From Nemertoderma westbladi (lineage: Eukaryota > Animalia > Xenacoelomorpha), in contig JAUCBJ010004177.1 of NCBI GenBank assembly GCA_032718475.1, forward strand, positions 1 through 64,000: a stretch of 64,000 bases of DNA, in the 5' to 3' direction. The stretch's first letter is position 1, and each line of letters opens with the position of its first letter. The position numbers and the translations under genes were made by a program. This document shows, piece by piece, positions 47,820 to 59,334 of the stretch. The notes below the pieces were generated by a model. The model saw only the letters and a program-made list of their open reading frames with translations, was not told the DNA's origin and searched no databases.

Positions 47820-49050
47820 ATCTTTCTAGATATCAGTACCATCCTTCTTTGTAGGGTGATAATTACTACCATTGTATGGCTGATGGCTAATAAGGCAATA
47901 AATTTGTAACATTATTGAGGACTGTCAAAATTTTATCTTCTTGGAGTTAACAAAAGTCCTACACTAAAAGCATCCTGTTGTAATTAGCTGAGGACCAGTT
48001 GGTCTCCCTCTAGTGATTGTGAGAGTTATCTTAGAGTCATCAGCAAAGAATAGATCAGTTAGGTAAGAGGCTGGATTTACTTGGCTTTGTTAGAATTCTG
48101 AAGCCAATAGGTGGTGTTAACATCACCGCACCATCATTATGAAGATCTAAGGACATGCATAGAGCACAGTCAACCAAATTTCTGAATAATAATGGTGCAA
48201 GTATGTTACCCTGGGGGACTCCCCATAAAATTTAAAATGGATCTGTGTCACCATCAATGGTAGAGACAAATGTTGTTGAACCATCTTATAGTGATCTGAT
48301 TGCTTCAAAAATTTCATCAGGAATTCCATATAATGAAAGTATGCTGAACATACATGAGCCTTGGAGAAGTCAACAAAGGTAACAGACAGATGTCTGTCTT
48401 TTTTTTTTATTTTTCTAAGGGCCAGAATGTGCCCCTTGGTCCTACGACCTTTAAGAAACCCATTCTGATTTTCACATTGCAGTCTCTCAATGGGATCCCT
48501 GATGCGATTCAATATAATTCTATTGGATAGCTTTGCAGCAAACGAGATTCCCTGAAAAGATCCATAGTGTTAAGTTAAGTTGCTCTTCTTGGGGACTGGC
48601 ACCAACTTTTCATCACTTATAGGACTCTTTATTATGTATATTATGTCTAATATGTTGGGGTAACTGAGCTCTAAACACTGGTATTTGGTATGTTGTTCCT
48701 GAGGGAACAACATCCACACCACTGGCACAATAATAGGTTTTAATGCTCTTTGCAACAGTCTTGATTTCAGTATAGATGTCACCAATGGGGATATCTGTGA
48801 GCACAGTTTCATACACACGATGTACCACAAAGTTATCTGGCAATAGCATGTCATTGTGTAGGAGCTTCTCAAAGATTGTCATCCAACCATTGAGTAATTC
48901 AGCTGGAGATTTCCCCTTAACCTTGGTGGTTGGCTTTTCCTCCTATTCAACAGGTTCATTGATTGCCATTGGTACTTCCGAATTATGTGTTCTATCCAGG
49001 GGGCGTTTTTCCTGTTTCTGTTTCGATTTCATTTTACCCATATCAGGTCA
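47820..49050 (-). pseudogene. Highly degraded RTE-clade reverse transcriptase
   Basis: KGKSPAELLNGW..FEKLL, ASGVD, PVPKKSNL, NQNGFLKGRRT, TFVDFSKA and FADD in broken frames. Confidence 0.78.
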
Positions 49051-49104
49051 GTTCTTAGGTCAAAATTGAATTGAGGAACTTGGATAATACTTCCAAGTTT
49101 AAAT

Positions 49105-50739
49105 TTTTCACTTTAAATTTTTTTAATAAGCGATTTAAAATAGTGTCTTTTGCGAAATTGCACATCTCCTATCATCGCCATTCTTCACATTAACCTCGCT
49201 TATAGATATTATTAAAAAGCTTGCGTTCCAAGTATTCCAAATATGTAACAATATCTGAATTTCGTTGAGAAACAACTGAGATGTAGGCGTTCAAAGATTG
49301 CAAGAATTATCGTTCGCTGCAGGCCATTTATTCTATTCAATAAATACACAATATTCTGGAACAATTTGTTTATGTGTTTTTGTATACCACGACGCCTGTG
49401 CTTGCCCCTGAGTACTCCATGGCGTTAAAGAGGCTGGCCGACAGGTTAACCACGAAATGGGCAAAGCCTTACAGCTGTGTCATGGGATGGGTGAGGGCGC
49501 GCCTCTCGTTTGGGGTCCTGAGGGCAACTTGTGCCTGCTTAAGGGGGGCGGGAGTACACCATTTTTGGACAATTCTTCGATTTATCACTCTCAGCGTTTC
49601 AAAATTGTTTGATTTTGACTAAAATTTGGCATATAGGTGCCTAAGATGCTATTCTACATGATAAGTCAGAAAAAAATAATTTTTCGTTATTTAATATTAG
49701 TTAATACTAGTTAACAATAAAAAAAACTTGGTTTCGCTTAAAACCCTAAGGCTTTTACAGTTTTGAATCTAATCACATGAAAGTTTTCTTATATGATAGA
49801 TCAAAGATGGGGCCACATAACTATCAGGCGAAATTTTGTGAAAATAATTCTGCACCGCTAGGTGGCGCTGCAAATTTATGCGAATTTTTAGGTTTGTTGT
49901 AAATAGTATTAAATTTTATTAACAACAAATTCCGAAAAGTTGTCTGATACTATTGTGCATGGTGGCTATCTAGACACCCACAGAAAGTTTCAGAGTAATT
50001 ACTCAAAAATTGTAGAAGTAGTAGGGTTTTGAAGTTGACAATTTCATAAAAAAAAATATTTGGAGATAATCGACATTTCATTATACATATTAATAGTAAT
50101 TTCAATAGGATTCCCTAAATGGAAATTTTTATAACTTGAAAACTAAAAGAACTATTAAATAGCGGTTCTCAGATTTGGAAACACCATTCAATGGTGCATT
50201 ATAATAGCCATAAAAAAAATGTCGACATAATTTGGACAAAAATGGTGTTTGAATGGATTGGTTGAATGGATTTTGTTTGCAATTCTACATCAGGTCGCGA
50301 TTTGTTTATGTATGGTTAGCTACGCAATATAGATATTGTATAGGCATACCGCTGTTGCCTACCAACTCATAAAATAAATAACACGTTCTAGAATTTTCTG
50401 TATTTATTAAATAGAGTAAATGGCATCTATCGAACTATAATTCTTGCAATCTTTGAACGCCTATTTCTCAGCTGTTTCTAAACGAAATTCAGATATTGTT
50501 ACATATTTGGAATCCTCGGAGTTGGAACGCAAGCTTTTTAATGATATCTATAAAGCGAGGTTAATGTGAAGAATGGCGATGATAGGATATGTGCAATTTC
50601 GCAAAAGATACTTTTTTAAAACGCTTATAAAAAAAATTTAAAGGAGAAATCGAAAATTCCGGCATCATGGTAACAACCACGGTGAGTTGAACTAGTTGTG
50701 TTTCAAATTTCAAGCAATATGATAAAGATGTGTAGAACT

Positions 50740-50771
<32 letters not shown>

Positions 50772-50812
50772 GGTCCTTGTCATCAGAAAATGACACTATA
50801 TTATGGGTCATG
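49105..50812. mobile_element. Second copy of the 28284-28960 foldback element, interrupted at 49376-50299
   Basis: Arms ~49105-49362 and ~50385-50650. Right terminus TATATTATGGGTCATG. The central loop is in the opposite orientation to copy 1. Confidence 0.78.
49376..50299 (+). mobile_element. Very short CRE-type retrotransposon 3' fragment containing a Kolobok-like insert (from 49543)
   Basis: 12-bp TSD ATTTGTTTATGT (49364-49375 / 50300-50311). LKRLADRLTTKWAKPYSCVMGWVRARLSFGVLRATCACLRG is an RLE C-terminus. TTAA|GGGGGGCGGGAGTACACCATTTTT has a partial inverse AAAAATGGTGT at 50238-50248. Confidence 0.75.
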
Positions 50813-51505
50813 GTGTATATGCTGGGCTAGGTCAGGTCATTTCATCATGCCAGCCGATTGTAATAGTAGTAGTAGTAGTATATAATGCTGTAATCTCATT
50901 CTGCGAGCACTTGGTTGTTGCCTGTGCAATAATATAGTGATATTCTAAAATTTACAGAAGTCATTGAATTGTTCTATCATGGTCTGAAGCTTGTTAAGAA
51001 TATAATGACAGGCAAAAAAGGTAGAGAAATACAAGCATCTATAGTTGAATGTGTGTTAATTTATTGTTTGGCACTTTCTACTATCTCAGTCTCAGAGGAT
51101 ATCAAACATAGAATATAGCTTATCTAATATATTAACCAAATTTTAATAATTGTTAATATATTTTAACCAAAATTTATGTTTACTAATAGTTATAATGTTT
51201 ACAGTTTCAAGGCAGAAAACCTGTACTCAGAGGAAGCTATTGACATTGACAAAGTGAAAAAGATAAGGCAATAGAAAAAATGATGAAGAGTGTGGGGTTT
51301 CTGACCAATGCCGACATCACTTTCTGATGCAATGTTAATTGTTGTGGAACTATCAATCTGAGAAGGAAGCAGTGCTGACAGTCCTAGTAAGGTTAAAGTT
51401 AAGTATATTTCTATGGGCAGAAAATGTTTATTATACTATTGATAAAGAATGTAAGCAGTCTGAAAAGTCTCAACTGAAAATTGAGTTCTGGAGGTGGGTT
51501 TTCCC

Positions 51506-52555
51506 CAAGGTGTACTAAATACATGTCATGCAGCGAGCGGATTCCTGAAATTAGCGTGGGCCGATCGTTTCCCTATTTTATGACACTATTTTCATAACAT
51601 TTTCTTAGAAACCTCTCTTATGCAACTTTAGTTAGGTGGATATGATAACTAGGGTTCATAGAAATTTAATAAAATGTCTTTCTGGAATTTGTATCTTGTA
51701 GTTGCCAAGGTAACCGGGTGCAAAGTTCAAATTTCGAGCGCCTGTAATTCAAGACAACAAGGGATTCTGTTCTTGAGATTTGGTATATGAGTAAAGGGAA
51801 TAAAAGTCTATCAAAATATTTTACATTTAAATTTTTTTTCAATCCCGTTTCCATGGTGACGGGAATTAGGATAACTTCAAATTATGACCACCAGATAAAA
51901 ATTGGGCTACTATTTACTACTTATATAATTTTTAACAAATATGCCTGGTGATTGTACTTTATTTCTAATAATTTCTAACCGAAATTTAATATTCTGGAAT
52001 GTCAAAATCATGCTATCACAGGTCTTGCTCTCTGATTGGACAATTAAGTTTATTGGCAAATATTGACTTTTAGAAATATGATTCTCAATTGACGAATTAT
52101 AAAATAAAAATGTTGGCAATTTTAACTTATTATTTAGACTGACAAACCGAATAAAAATGGTGTTTTATAAAATTCGTAGACAAATTTTTCATTATACTTA
52201 TTTCCATGGCAACGGGAATGTAAACAAATTCAAATGTAAAATATTTTGATAGACTTTTATTCCCTTTAATCACCTACCAAATTTCAAGGGAAGAATCCAT
52301 TGTCGCCTTGAAATAAAGGCGCGCAAAGTTGGAAATTTGCACCCGGTTACCTTGGCAACTACAAGATAAAAAATTCCAGAAAGGCATTTTATTACATTTC
52401 TATGAACCCTAGTCATAATATCCACCTAACAAAAGTAGCATAAAATACGTTTCTGAGGAAATAATATGAAAATAGTGCCATAAATAGGGAAAGGATCGGC
52501 CCACGCTAATTTCAGCAATCCGCTCGCTGCATGACCTGTTATTTAGTACACCTTG
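51506..52555. mobile_element. Intact foldback/MITE with long TIRs and 8-bp TSD (P- or hAT-superfamily-like)
   Basis: TIR CAAGGTGTACTAAATA.. extends ~350 bp. TSD GTTTTCCC at 51498-51505 and 52556-52563. Confidence 0.9.
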
Positions 52556-52614
52556 GTTTTCCCCCACTGTCACAGGATTCTTTCATTTCTGATGTTAACT
52601 AATAGCTGCATAAT

Positions 52615-53153
52615 TGTTAGCTTATTCAATCCCGCCAACACCCCATAAAGTTATTAGCCGATAAGCAATATTGGGAGCCGCGAGATTGGGTAATTAACCA
52701 ACTCGCGCCATCCCAATAAGAATGGGAAGGAAGCACACAATAGAGGGTCAGGGGCCAAACCCCTAACCCAGAGGAGAACAGGTGGAGTGAACGGGAATAC
52801 TCCACGGGGCGCCAACAAGGGTATTAACCAATCAGAGGGGGGAATGGCATCGATTGAGTAGCAGTAAGGCCACCATGCAATATAACCAATAACCTATTAA
52901 TCAGTGATTCAGTTATACTCAGTGCAGCAGTGCTAGCGTAGGGTACAGCCAATTAGTTTAGTTAGGGGATCACGGGACTTTAGTTACCGTATCCCGCCTT
53001 GTACACATTCACAACATATCTATATCTTATAACCTCCTATTATACACCGAACTTCAGAACTCAATTATCTTTACTTCACCCTTACACACGGCGGGGACGC
53101 GTGGACTAAATACCACACCGGATAAATCGGGATCCCTCCTGGATCCCGTCACA
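52615..53153 (+). repeat. 5' LTR (539 bp)
   Basis: TGTTAG..GTCACA; direct repeat of 62963-63500. Confidence 0.97.
52881..52914 (+). promoter_or_regulatory. Candidate LTR core promoter (TATA plus Inr)
   Basis: TATAAC at 52881 lies 30 bp upstream of the A in TCAGTT (52909-52914), an arthropod-type initiator. Confidence 0.4.
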
Positions 53154-53232
53154 GTAACTAAAACCGAGCTGCCGCCCTAGTTAAACTCAAAGAACTCCAC
53201 CCTAGCTAGTCGAACTCCACCGAGCAGACGAG

Positions 53233-56200
53233 ATGAGTGAATCGGGCGAGACACCGCGGACCCCGGACGAAGATCAAACGATCCGCGAGGCCGCGACCAG
53301 GCGGTATAGGCCCACGACGCCGGAGCCATCGGTAACGGGCGACCCGGAAGTCCAAGACGAGGGGGACCGTCTGGAATCAGAACCCGAGTTGAGAGGAGAG
53401 GGACTCGAGCCGGAGGATAAAGAGAGCGAGATGGAGGGAGATGGAGGCGAGTCGACACGAGAGGGAGAACGGCGCGCCGATGTCGCCGGCCAGCTACCGG
53501 CCGAGGGCGACGGGCGGCCCACCGAAACGGCGACGGTGGGGCCGACGGTGCGACGCCGGACGCGAAGAGACGGAGGAGAGATCGGTACCGATGTCGCCGG
53601 CCAGCTACAGGCCGAGGGCGACGGACGGCCCACCGGAACGGCGACGGTGGAGCCGCCGGTACGACGTCGAACCCGGAGGGACGGAGGAGAGGTCGGCGAC
53701 GAGGACGTCGGGGTTTCTGAGCGACTTCGACGGGCCTACAACGCGACCCGGAAGCTGATAAACGACGCCAAGAAGGAAGGGGCGAAGGTAGACGAGGTGA
53801 GACTGAGAAAGCGACTAGGTGAGTCGGATAAACACTTAAATTACCTAATACGTTTTGAGCAGAGAAAACTGGCCGGGGAGAGAGCAAAAAGGATAGCCGG
53901 CGAACTGTTTGAACTATGGGAGTGTGGGAGTATGGGACCTAGCGTAGCGCCAGTGTACATAGGGCCATACTTGGTCGATGCCCGGGGAGTGAAACCAGTG
54001 GGTTGGAAGGGACCTGAGGAGGGCGAATCCGAGGCTAACACCGAGGATTCGGCCTCGTCGCTCGGAGAAAGCTCCGAAAAGGGGGAGAAAGCTAGTAGGT
54101 CGGGAAGGCGGGGGAAGTCCGTCGTAACCGATAAGTCTGCTACATCCTCCGCGAAAGAAAGAGCGGTGAGAAAAATAGGGGCCACATACCGTCTCAGCAT
54201 GGCAGAGCAAGGTCAGAGAGAAATGAAGGAACGGCTAGAGGAGGGAAGAGTGCGGTTAGAGAGGGAAACGGTATTGCTTAGAGAAACCGGAGAAAGGGCC
54301 GAAAGGGCTTTGAAAAGCCTAAGGGAGTATGATGAGATAGAGGAAAGGGAGTGTAGGGAGCGTGAAGCGAGAGAGGAAAAGGAACGCGAGGAGCGTGAAG
54401 CGAGAGAGGAAAAGGAACGCGAGGAGCGTGAGGCGAGAATGGAAAAGGAACGCAAGGAGCGTGAGGCGGAACGCAAGGAGCGTGAGGCGGGAATGGAAAA
54501 GGAACGCAAGGAGCGTGAGGCGGGAAAGGAAAAGGAACGCAAGGAGCGTGAGGCGAGAAAGGAAGAGGAACGTAAAGAGCGTGGGGCGAGACGAAGGGAG
54601 AGCATTAAGAGTGCCGCAGACTCGGCCATCAAGGACACCCAGGAGCGTGAGGGGATAGTGGCAAAGGGTGAAAGGGAGCGTAGGGAATTAAAGGAACGGC
54701 AGAGTGAGTATGCGAAAAGTATAATTAGAGGGACGCACGAGTTAGAATACGTGCAAGTGGGACCGCCATCTGAAAGAGGGGCCGGTTCGAGTATTTTTGA
54801 GGAGCCGAGGGCCGTAGACGTATTTGTTAATACTCCACTGACAGGGACCGCACGACAGACTCAAGACTGGTGCGACCGTACGAGCGGGGGGGGTAATAAT
54901 AATAATAATGGTACAGTAGACGTTGTTGATATTAATAGTACCGTATGGGATAACGCTAATCAAACCTTTATTACAGGAAATACTTTGCCTGGTGATAGTA
55001 ATTTAAATTCAAATCAGAACAATCCCAGTGTTAATGTAGAAAATAATCCTAATATTGATGTAGTTACGCAAAATAATTCAAATAATCAAAATAATAACTC
55101 GAATTCGGACCTACAAAATAACTTAAATAACGCAATTACACAGAATAATTCGAATAATTCAAATAATGATCTTAGCCCGAATTTACAAAATAATTCAGAT
55201 AACGTAGTCGCGCAGAATAATACAAATGATTTTGTTTCAAATGAGCAAATTAATTCCGTTTCCAATATGGGTGCTATTAGTGTAGACACGTCGGGCCTAC
55301 GTAACCAGGGAGCAGAGGGCCTGGTAGGCCACGTAGTTAGTAGACAGGGAGCAGAGGGCCTGGTAGGCCGCGTAGTTGGTAGGCAGGGAGTAGAGGGCCT
55401 GGAAGGCCACGCAATAGCAGAGGGAGAGGCGGGGGTGAACAGACCCGACCGTGGTAGGGTTGATGTGTCGACTAGAGAGGTATATAATAGCGGGGAGAGA
55501 GGTAGCGAAGTTAGATGTAGCGAGTGGGGGGGGGGCTACGAGGGCCCCACAACAGAGAGTTAGCGGCGAGAGGGGGGGGGCAGAGAATGTCCCACAGCCG
55601 TCAGCGGACAATGCGAGGGCCGAACAAGGTAAACCGCAACAACCGGCGACGGAGAGTAATAGGGGGACTGCGAGTATCCCTGGCGACGTGCGATCGAGCA
55701 GAGAAGGACAGGTTGACGTCGCGGGAGGGCAGACGGAGCGTCGAGCCCGATCAGAGGAGGAAAGAAGAACAGTGGGGTTTAACCGGGAGGTCGACGAGAG
55801 ATCTCGTGAGCGGGAATATTCCACTGATAGGAGAAGAGAGGAGGACAGTAGTAGAAGTATCGCCGCAAACGATAGAAGAGCGAGGACGGACAGCGAGCCG
55901 TCGGTAGTCGAGATGAGAACGGAGAGTCAATGGGGTCGGACTCCGGGAGATTGCCGTCGCCCCGGAGGGATGCGATCCGGTGAGACGCATTACACGCCGA
56001 GAGAGGGGTACGCGATGTACCGGTACGAAGATGAAAACAGTGGAGAGGGGGGTCGAAGAGAAACTTTCCGACGGAATATACCTACCGATCGAGAATACGG
56101 TAGCCGCGGGGAGGATTATTCGAGAAGAATAAACTTCGATCCCGAACAACACATGCAGACTGTAGGGCATACTGTAGGTCTTACTGCACATATCGTAGGC

Positions 56201-56458
56201 CATACTGAGAGAGGCAATGTAGGCGATAGGATAGCGCGGACAACGGGATTAAACCCGGAAGTCGCGGAATACATACCGGCGAGTAGGCCAGAAGCTGATA
56301 GGCCTATACCGGTACCAGCACAGCAGTATGACTACAGCATGCAGGGACATAACATACACCCAGGGGAGGGGGGAATTATTGCGGATAGGTGTATGGGCCC
56401 CAACATATTAACATCAACCCCAGTACCAGACATACCGGTGGGGGGGGGGACAGGGTGA
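53233..56458 (+). CDS. Low-complexity N-terminal extension of Gag (E/R/K coiled coil, Asn-rich tract), in two frames joined at a G10 run
   Basis: ORFs 53233-55563 and 55451-56458. Removing one G at 55526-55535 and one at 56440-56449 fuses them to the Gag-protease ORF. Confidence 0.7.
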
Positions 56459-56570
56459 CATTCCCCCATCACAATATCAACAATATACCCCGACAGGAAC
56501 AAGAACAACGAGACCCCTAGATGAAAACAGGTCGTGTGATACAGACATATGGAGGGGGCCGCTACCCCCG

Positions 56571-59174
56571 ATGACATATCCGAGTCAGAGAAGATCAAGA
56601 AATAGGACGGACGAACCACACCAGACAAGGGAAACTATACAGCACCCGTCGAATCCATTAGAAGCGCAGGCAATGGGGATGGCCACGTTGATCGATGCGT
56701 TGAAAACGAGGATCGAATTACCACCCGTGGAACCGTTCAAATTCGATGGGAGCAGGCCGGAAGAATACTTACAGTTTCGGCGAATGTATAGTAACGAAAT
56801 ACTAACAAAAAACTTGACGCAGGCGGAGTGCCTAAAGTATCTACAAGTGTACACGGGAGGCCCAGCATACGATATCGTGAGGCAATACCAAGGAATAGAG
56901 GGCGGCTTCACGACAGCATGGCGGGCACTGGATAGGGAATACGGGCACCCGGCCAAGATCATCAGGCAGACGCTGAGAGGCATAACATCGGGTGGCCTAC
57001 AGGATAATCCCGTTAGCATTAAGACGTTTGCTAACAAAGTCGAGAAGGCGCTGATCGTGCTGAAGACGCTAGACGCGCCATACGAACTCAACGCGTCCAA
57101 TAACATCACCACGATAGCGCAGGCACTACCGAGCTGGCTGCGCAACAAATGGAGGAAGGTCGCTTTCTCCACCCGAGACAAGAAGGGTACGGAACCAGGT
57201 TTAGAAGAAATGTCAAACTTCTTAAATTACGAGGCTGAACTAATAACGGACCCAGTTTATAGTGAAGATAGCCTGGGAAAGGGACCAAAGACGGATCATT
57301 ATAGGCCCAAACCAGAGCACAATACATCGAACGCGTTACCGAGACTCAGGCAATCATTTCCATATGCAGCGACGCAGGGGACTGCAAGTCCACAGGCAAG
57401 CGAAGATAGGACAACATCAAGGGACGGACAGGGGAACAATAACAACATGAATAAACATAACCCCAATACGTCCAGTAGGTCAAACCCAGTCAATAAGAAT
57501 AGTAGGGACTTTGGTACGAATATAACTGCGATACGCAACGCATTATATAAAGAGGGCTATGACCCAAAGAGCAAATGCCAGTTACACGCAAATGCGCTTC
57601 ATAAAACCATGAACTGCAGGTACTGGCAGGCGCTACCGAGGCAAGACCAGATAGATTACGCGTCGAGCAATAAAATCTGCTCGCGATGTGTGAAGAGTGG
57701 ACACAAGGCCAGGGAATGCCAAGAGAAGCCGGTCAAGTTTGGCCAAAGGAGAGGCCAGACGATGGCAACAAGCACAATAGGGGCGAAGAAGAGAGGAACA
57801 GTGCTACTTGGAGTAGTACCAGTACGAGTGATTGGGGAAGGCAATCGATCAGTAACAACACTAATGCTGGTTGATAGTGGAGCCGCCTTCACATTAGTTG
57901 AGGAATGGATAGCCGAAGAAATAGGGTTGAGAACGAGGCCAAGCAGGATGGCGGTGACAACCATCTCTAGCAAAGACGAGATCCTAGAGATGAGGACAGG
58001 ACGGTGCGCAATTGCAGCAGTGGCACCAGGATGCGATTATGGGGCAACCATCGACCCCATCCAAGTAATAGAGTCAATTAACATCAATGCCAGGCGGCCA
58101 ACGAACATCGAGGTCGAGCAATACAAATTCCTGGACAACATTGACTTCTCAATCCCAGACGTGGACGTTAGGAAGGTATCCATCATAGTAGGAATGGACT
58201 GCCCGACGGCCCACGAAAGAATGCAAACGGTCTTCGGCGAAGACAAGCAGAGTGACCCGGTGGCCATATTAACACCATTCGGGTGGACACTGACAGGCCC
58301 AATTAAGAGTAATATACCATTCAATGTGTCCGAGAGTTCAGGATGCATGGTGCCAGGAACCGACGAGATAGAGGAGAGGTCAGAGATGGGCAATAGTGGT
58401 AGACAGCTAGAAGTAGGAGCAACACCAAGAGAGTGGGCGGAGGAGAATGGTATGGATGCAGAAGATCTGGAGACGATGGGTTGGAATAAGGGTCCCAGCA
58501 AGTATCGGTATGGAGACGGAGAGGAGCGGACGGTGGAGTGTCGGGAGGACAAACCGGAGAAGTGTCCGGTCGAGTGTCCAGAGGAGCGTCCGGAAGAGAC
58601 GCCGGTCCGGTTGAGAGGCATACCGACAAGGGGGAAGCCGAGTAAGAATACAAGATGGAAAGGGAGAAGATGTGAGACGATCAGACCAGGGGCAGAGAAG
58701 CCCATGAATAAACATACGGTGGACAAAGGAGCCGGGAGAATAGGAGGCGTGCTGCGTACGCACGCGGAACTAACAGAGTGCGAGGGGGCATTACATGGGC
58801 AGACATCGAGTACACCGAAGGACGAACGGGGGTCGTTGAAGCCTTTAATGCCAGCACACATATTAAGGGGGAGGCCAGCAGAGGTGGCACCTAAGATTAA
58901 GGAGAAGAACAGGGGCGGCATTATACCGCCGGGTGACACGTTGAAGGGTGGCACTTTGCCGCCAAGGGACGACCACGAGATCAGAAACATAAATAGAAGA
59001 CAGCATTTACAAAAACAGGAGAAAAGACCACCTATCGAATTAACAAGGAGAGCGGAGCGAAGAATTAGAGAACCTATAGGGGGGCAGTGGGAGAGTTGCC
59101 TGCTGGAGGAATCACCCCTTGGGTCGCTGAGTTGTCCAACAGGTTGGACTGGGATGGAAGAGTTAGATCCGTAA
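56571..59174 (+). CDS. BEL/Pao Gag (DUF1759-like capsid, zinc knuckles) plus aspartic protease plus degenerate pol tail
   Basis: FDGSRPEEY..F, YLQVYTGGPA, LDREYG, LPSWLRNKW. Knuckles CQLH..H..C and CSRC..H..C. Protease LVDSGA, IIVGMD and TPFGWTLTGP. No RT YxDD, RNase H or DDE integrase motifs follow. Confidence 0.9.
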   Translation: MTYPSQRRSRNRTDEPHQTRETIQHPSNPLEAQAMGMATLIDALKTRIELPPVEPFKFDGSRPEEYLQFRRMYSNEILTKNLTQAECLKYLQVYTGGPAYDIVRQYQGIEGGFTTAWRALDREYGHPAKIIRQTLRGITSGGLQDNPVSIKTFANKVEKALIVLKTLDAPYELNASNNITTIAQALPSWLRNKWRKVAFSTRDKKGTEPGLEEMSNFLNYEAELITDPVYSEDSLGKGPKTDHYRPKPEHNTSNALPRLRQSFPYAATQGTASPQASEDRTTSRDGQGNNNNMNKHNPNTSSRSNPVNKNSRDFGTNITAIRNALYKEGYDPKSKCQLHANALHKTMNCRYWQALPRQDQIDYASSNKICSRCVKSGHKARECQEKPVKFGQRRGQTMATSTIGAKKRGTVLLGVVPVRVIGEGNRSVTTLMLVDSGAAFTLVEEWIAEEIGLRTRPSRMAVTTISSKDEILEMRTGRCAIAAVAPGCDYGATIDPIQVIESININARRPTNIEVEQYKFLDNIDFSIPDVDVRKVSIIVGMDCPTAHERMQTVFGEDKQSDPVAILTPFGWTLTGPIKSNIPFNVSESSGCMVPGTDEIEERSEMGNSGRQLEVGATPREWAEENGMDAEDLETMGWNKGPSKYRYGDGEERTVECREDKPEKCPVECPEERPEETPVRLRGIPTRGKPSKNTRWKGRRCETIRPGAEKPMNKHTVDKGAGRIGGVLRTHAELTECEGALHGQTSSTPKDERGSLKPLMPAHILRGRPAEVAPKIKEKNRGGIIPPGDTLKGGTLPPRDDHEIRNINRRQHLQKQEKRPPIELTRRAERRIREPIGGQWESCLLEESPLGSLSCPTGWTGMEELDP

Positions 59175-59334
59175 AAGGTGCGGGCAGAGGTGTTACCTGT
59201 CTTCTAGAAGGGGCACCTTAAATTAGAGTTAGTGTGAAGTTTAGTCGTCCAAGTTTTGGACTGAGGGGGGTGGGATTAAGGGCGAGACGCCCTTCCCACA
59301 CAAATAAAATAAAATAAAAATAAAAATAAATAAA

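Noticed and set aside
51200-51330. Exon-like purine-rich stretch after TTTACAG
   Set aside because: Contains stops, has no recognisable domain and no supported partner exons.
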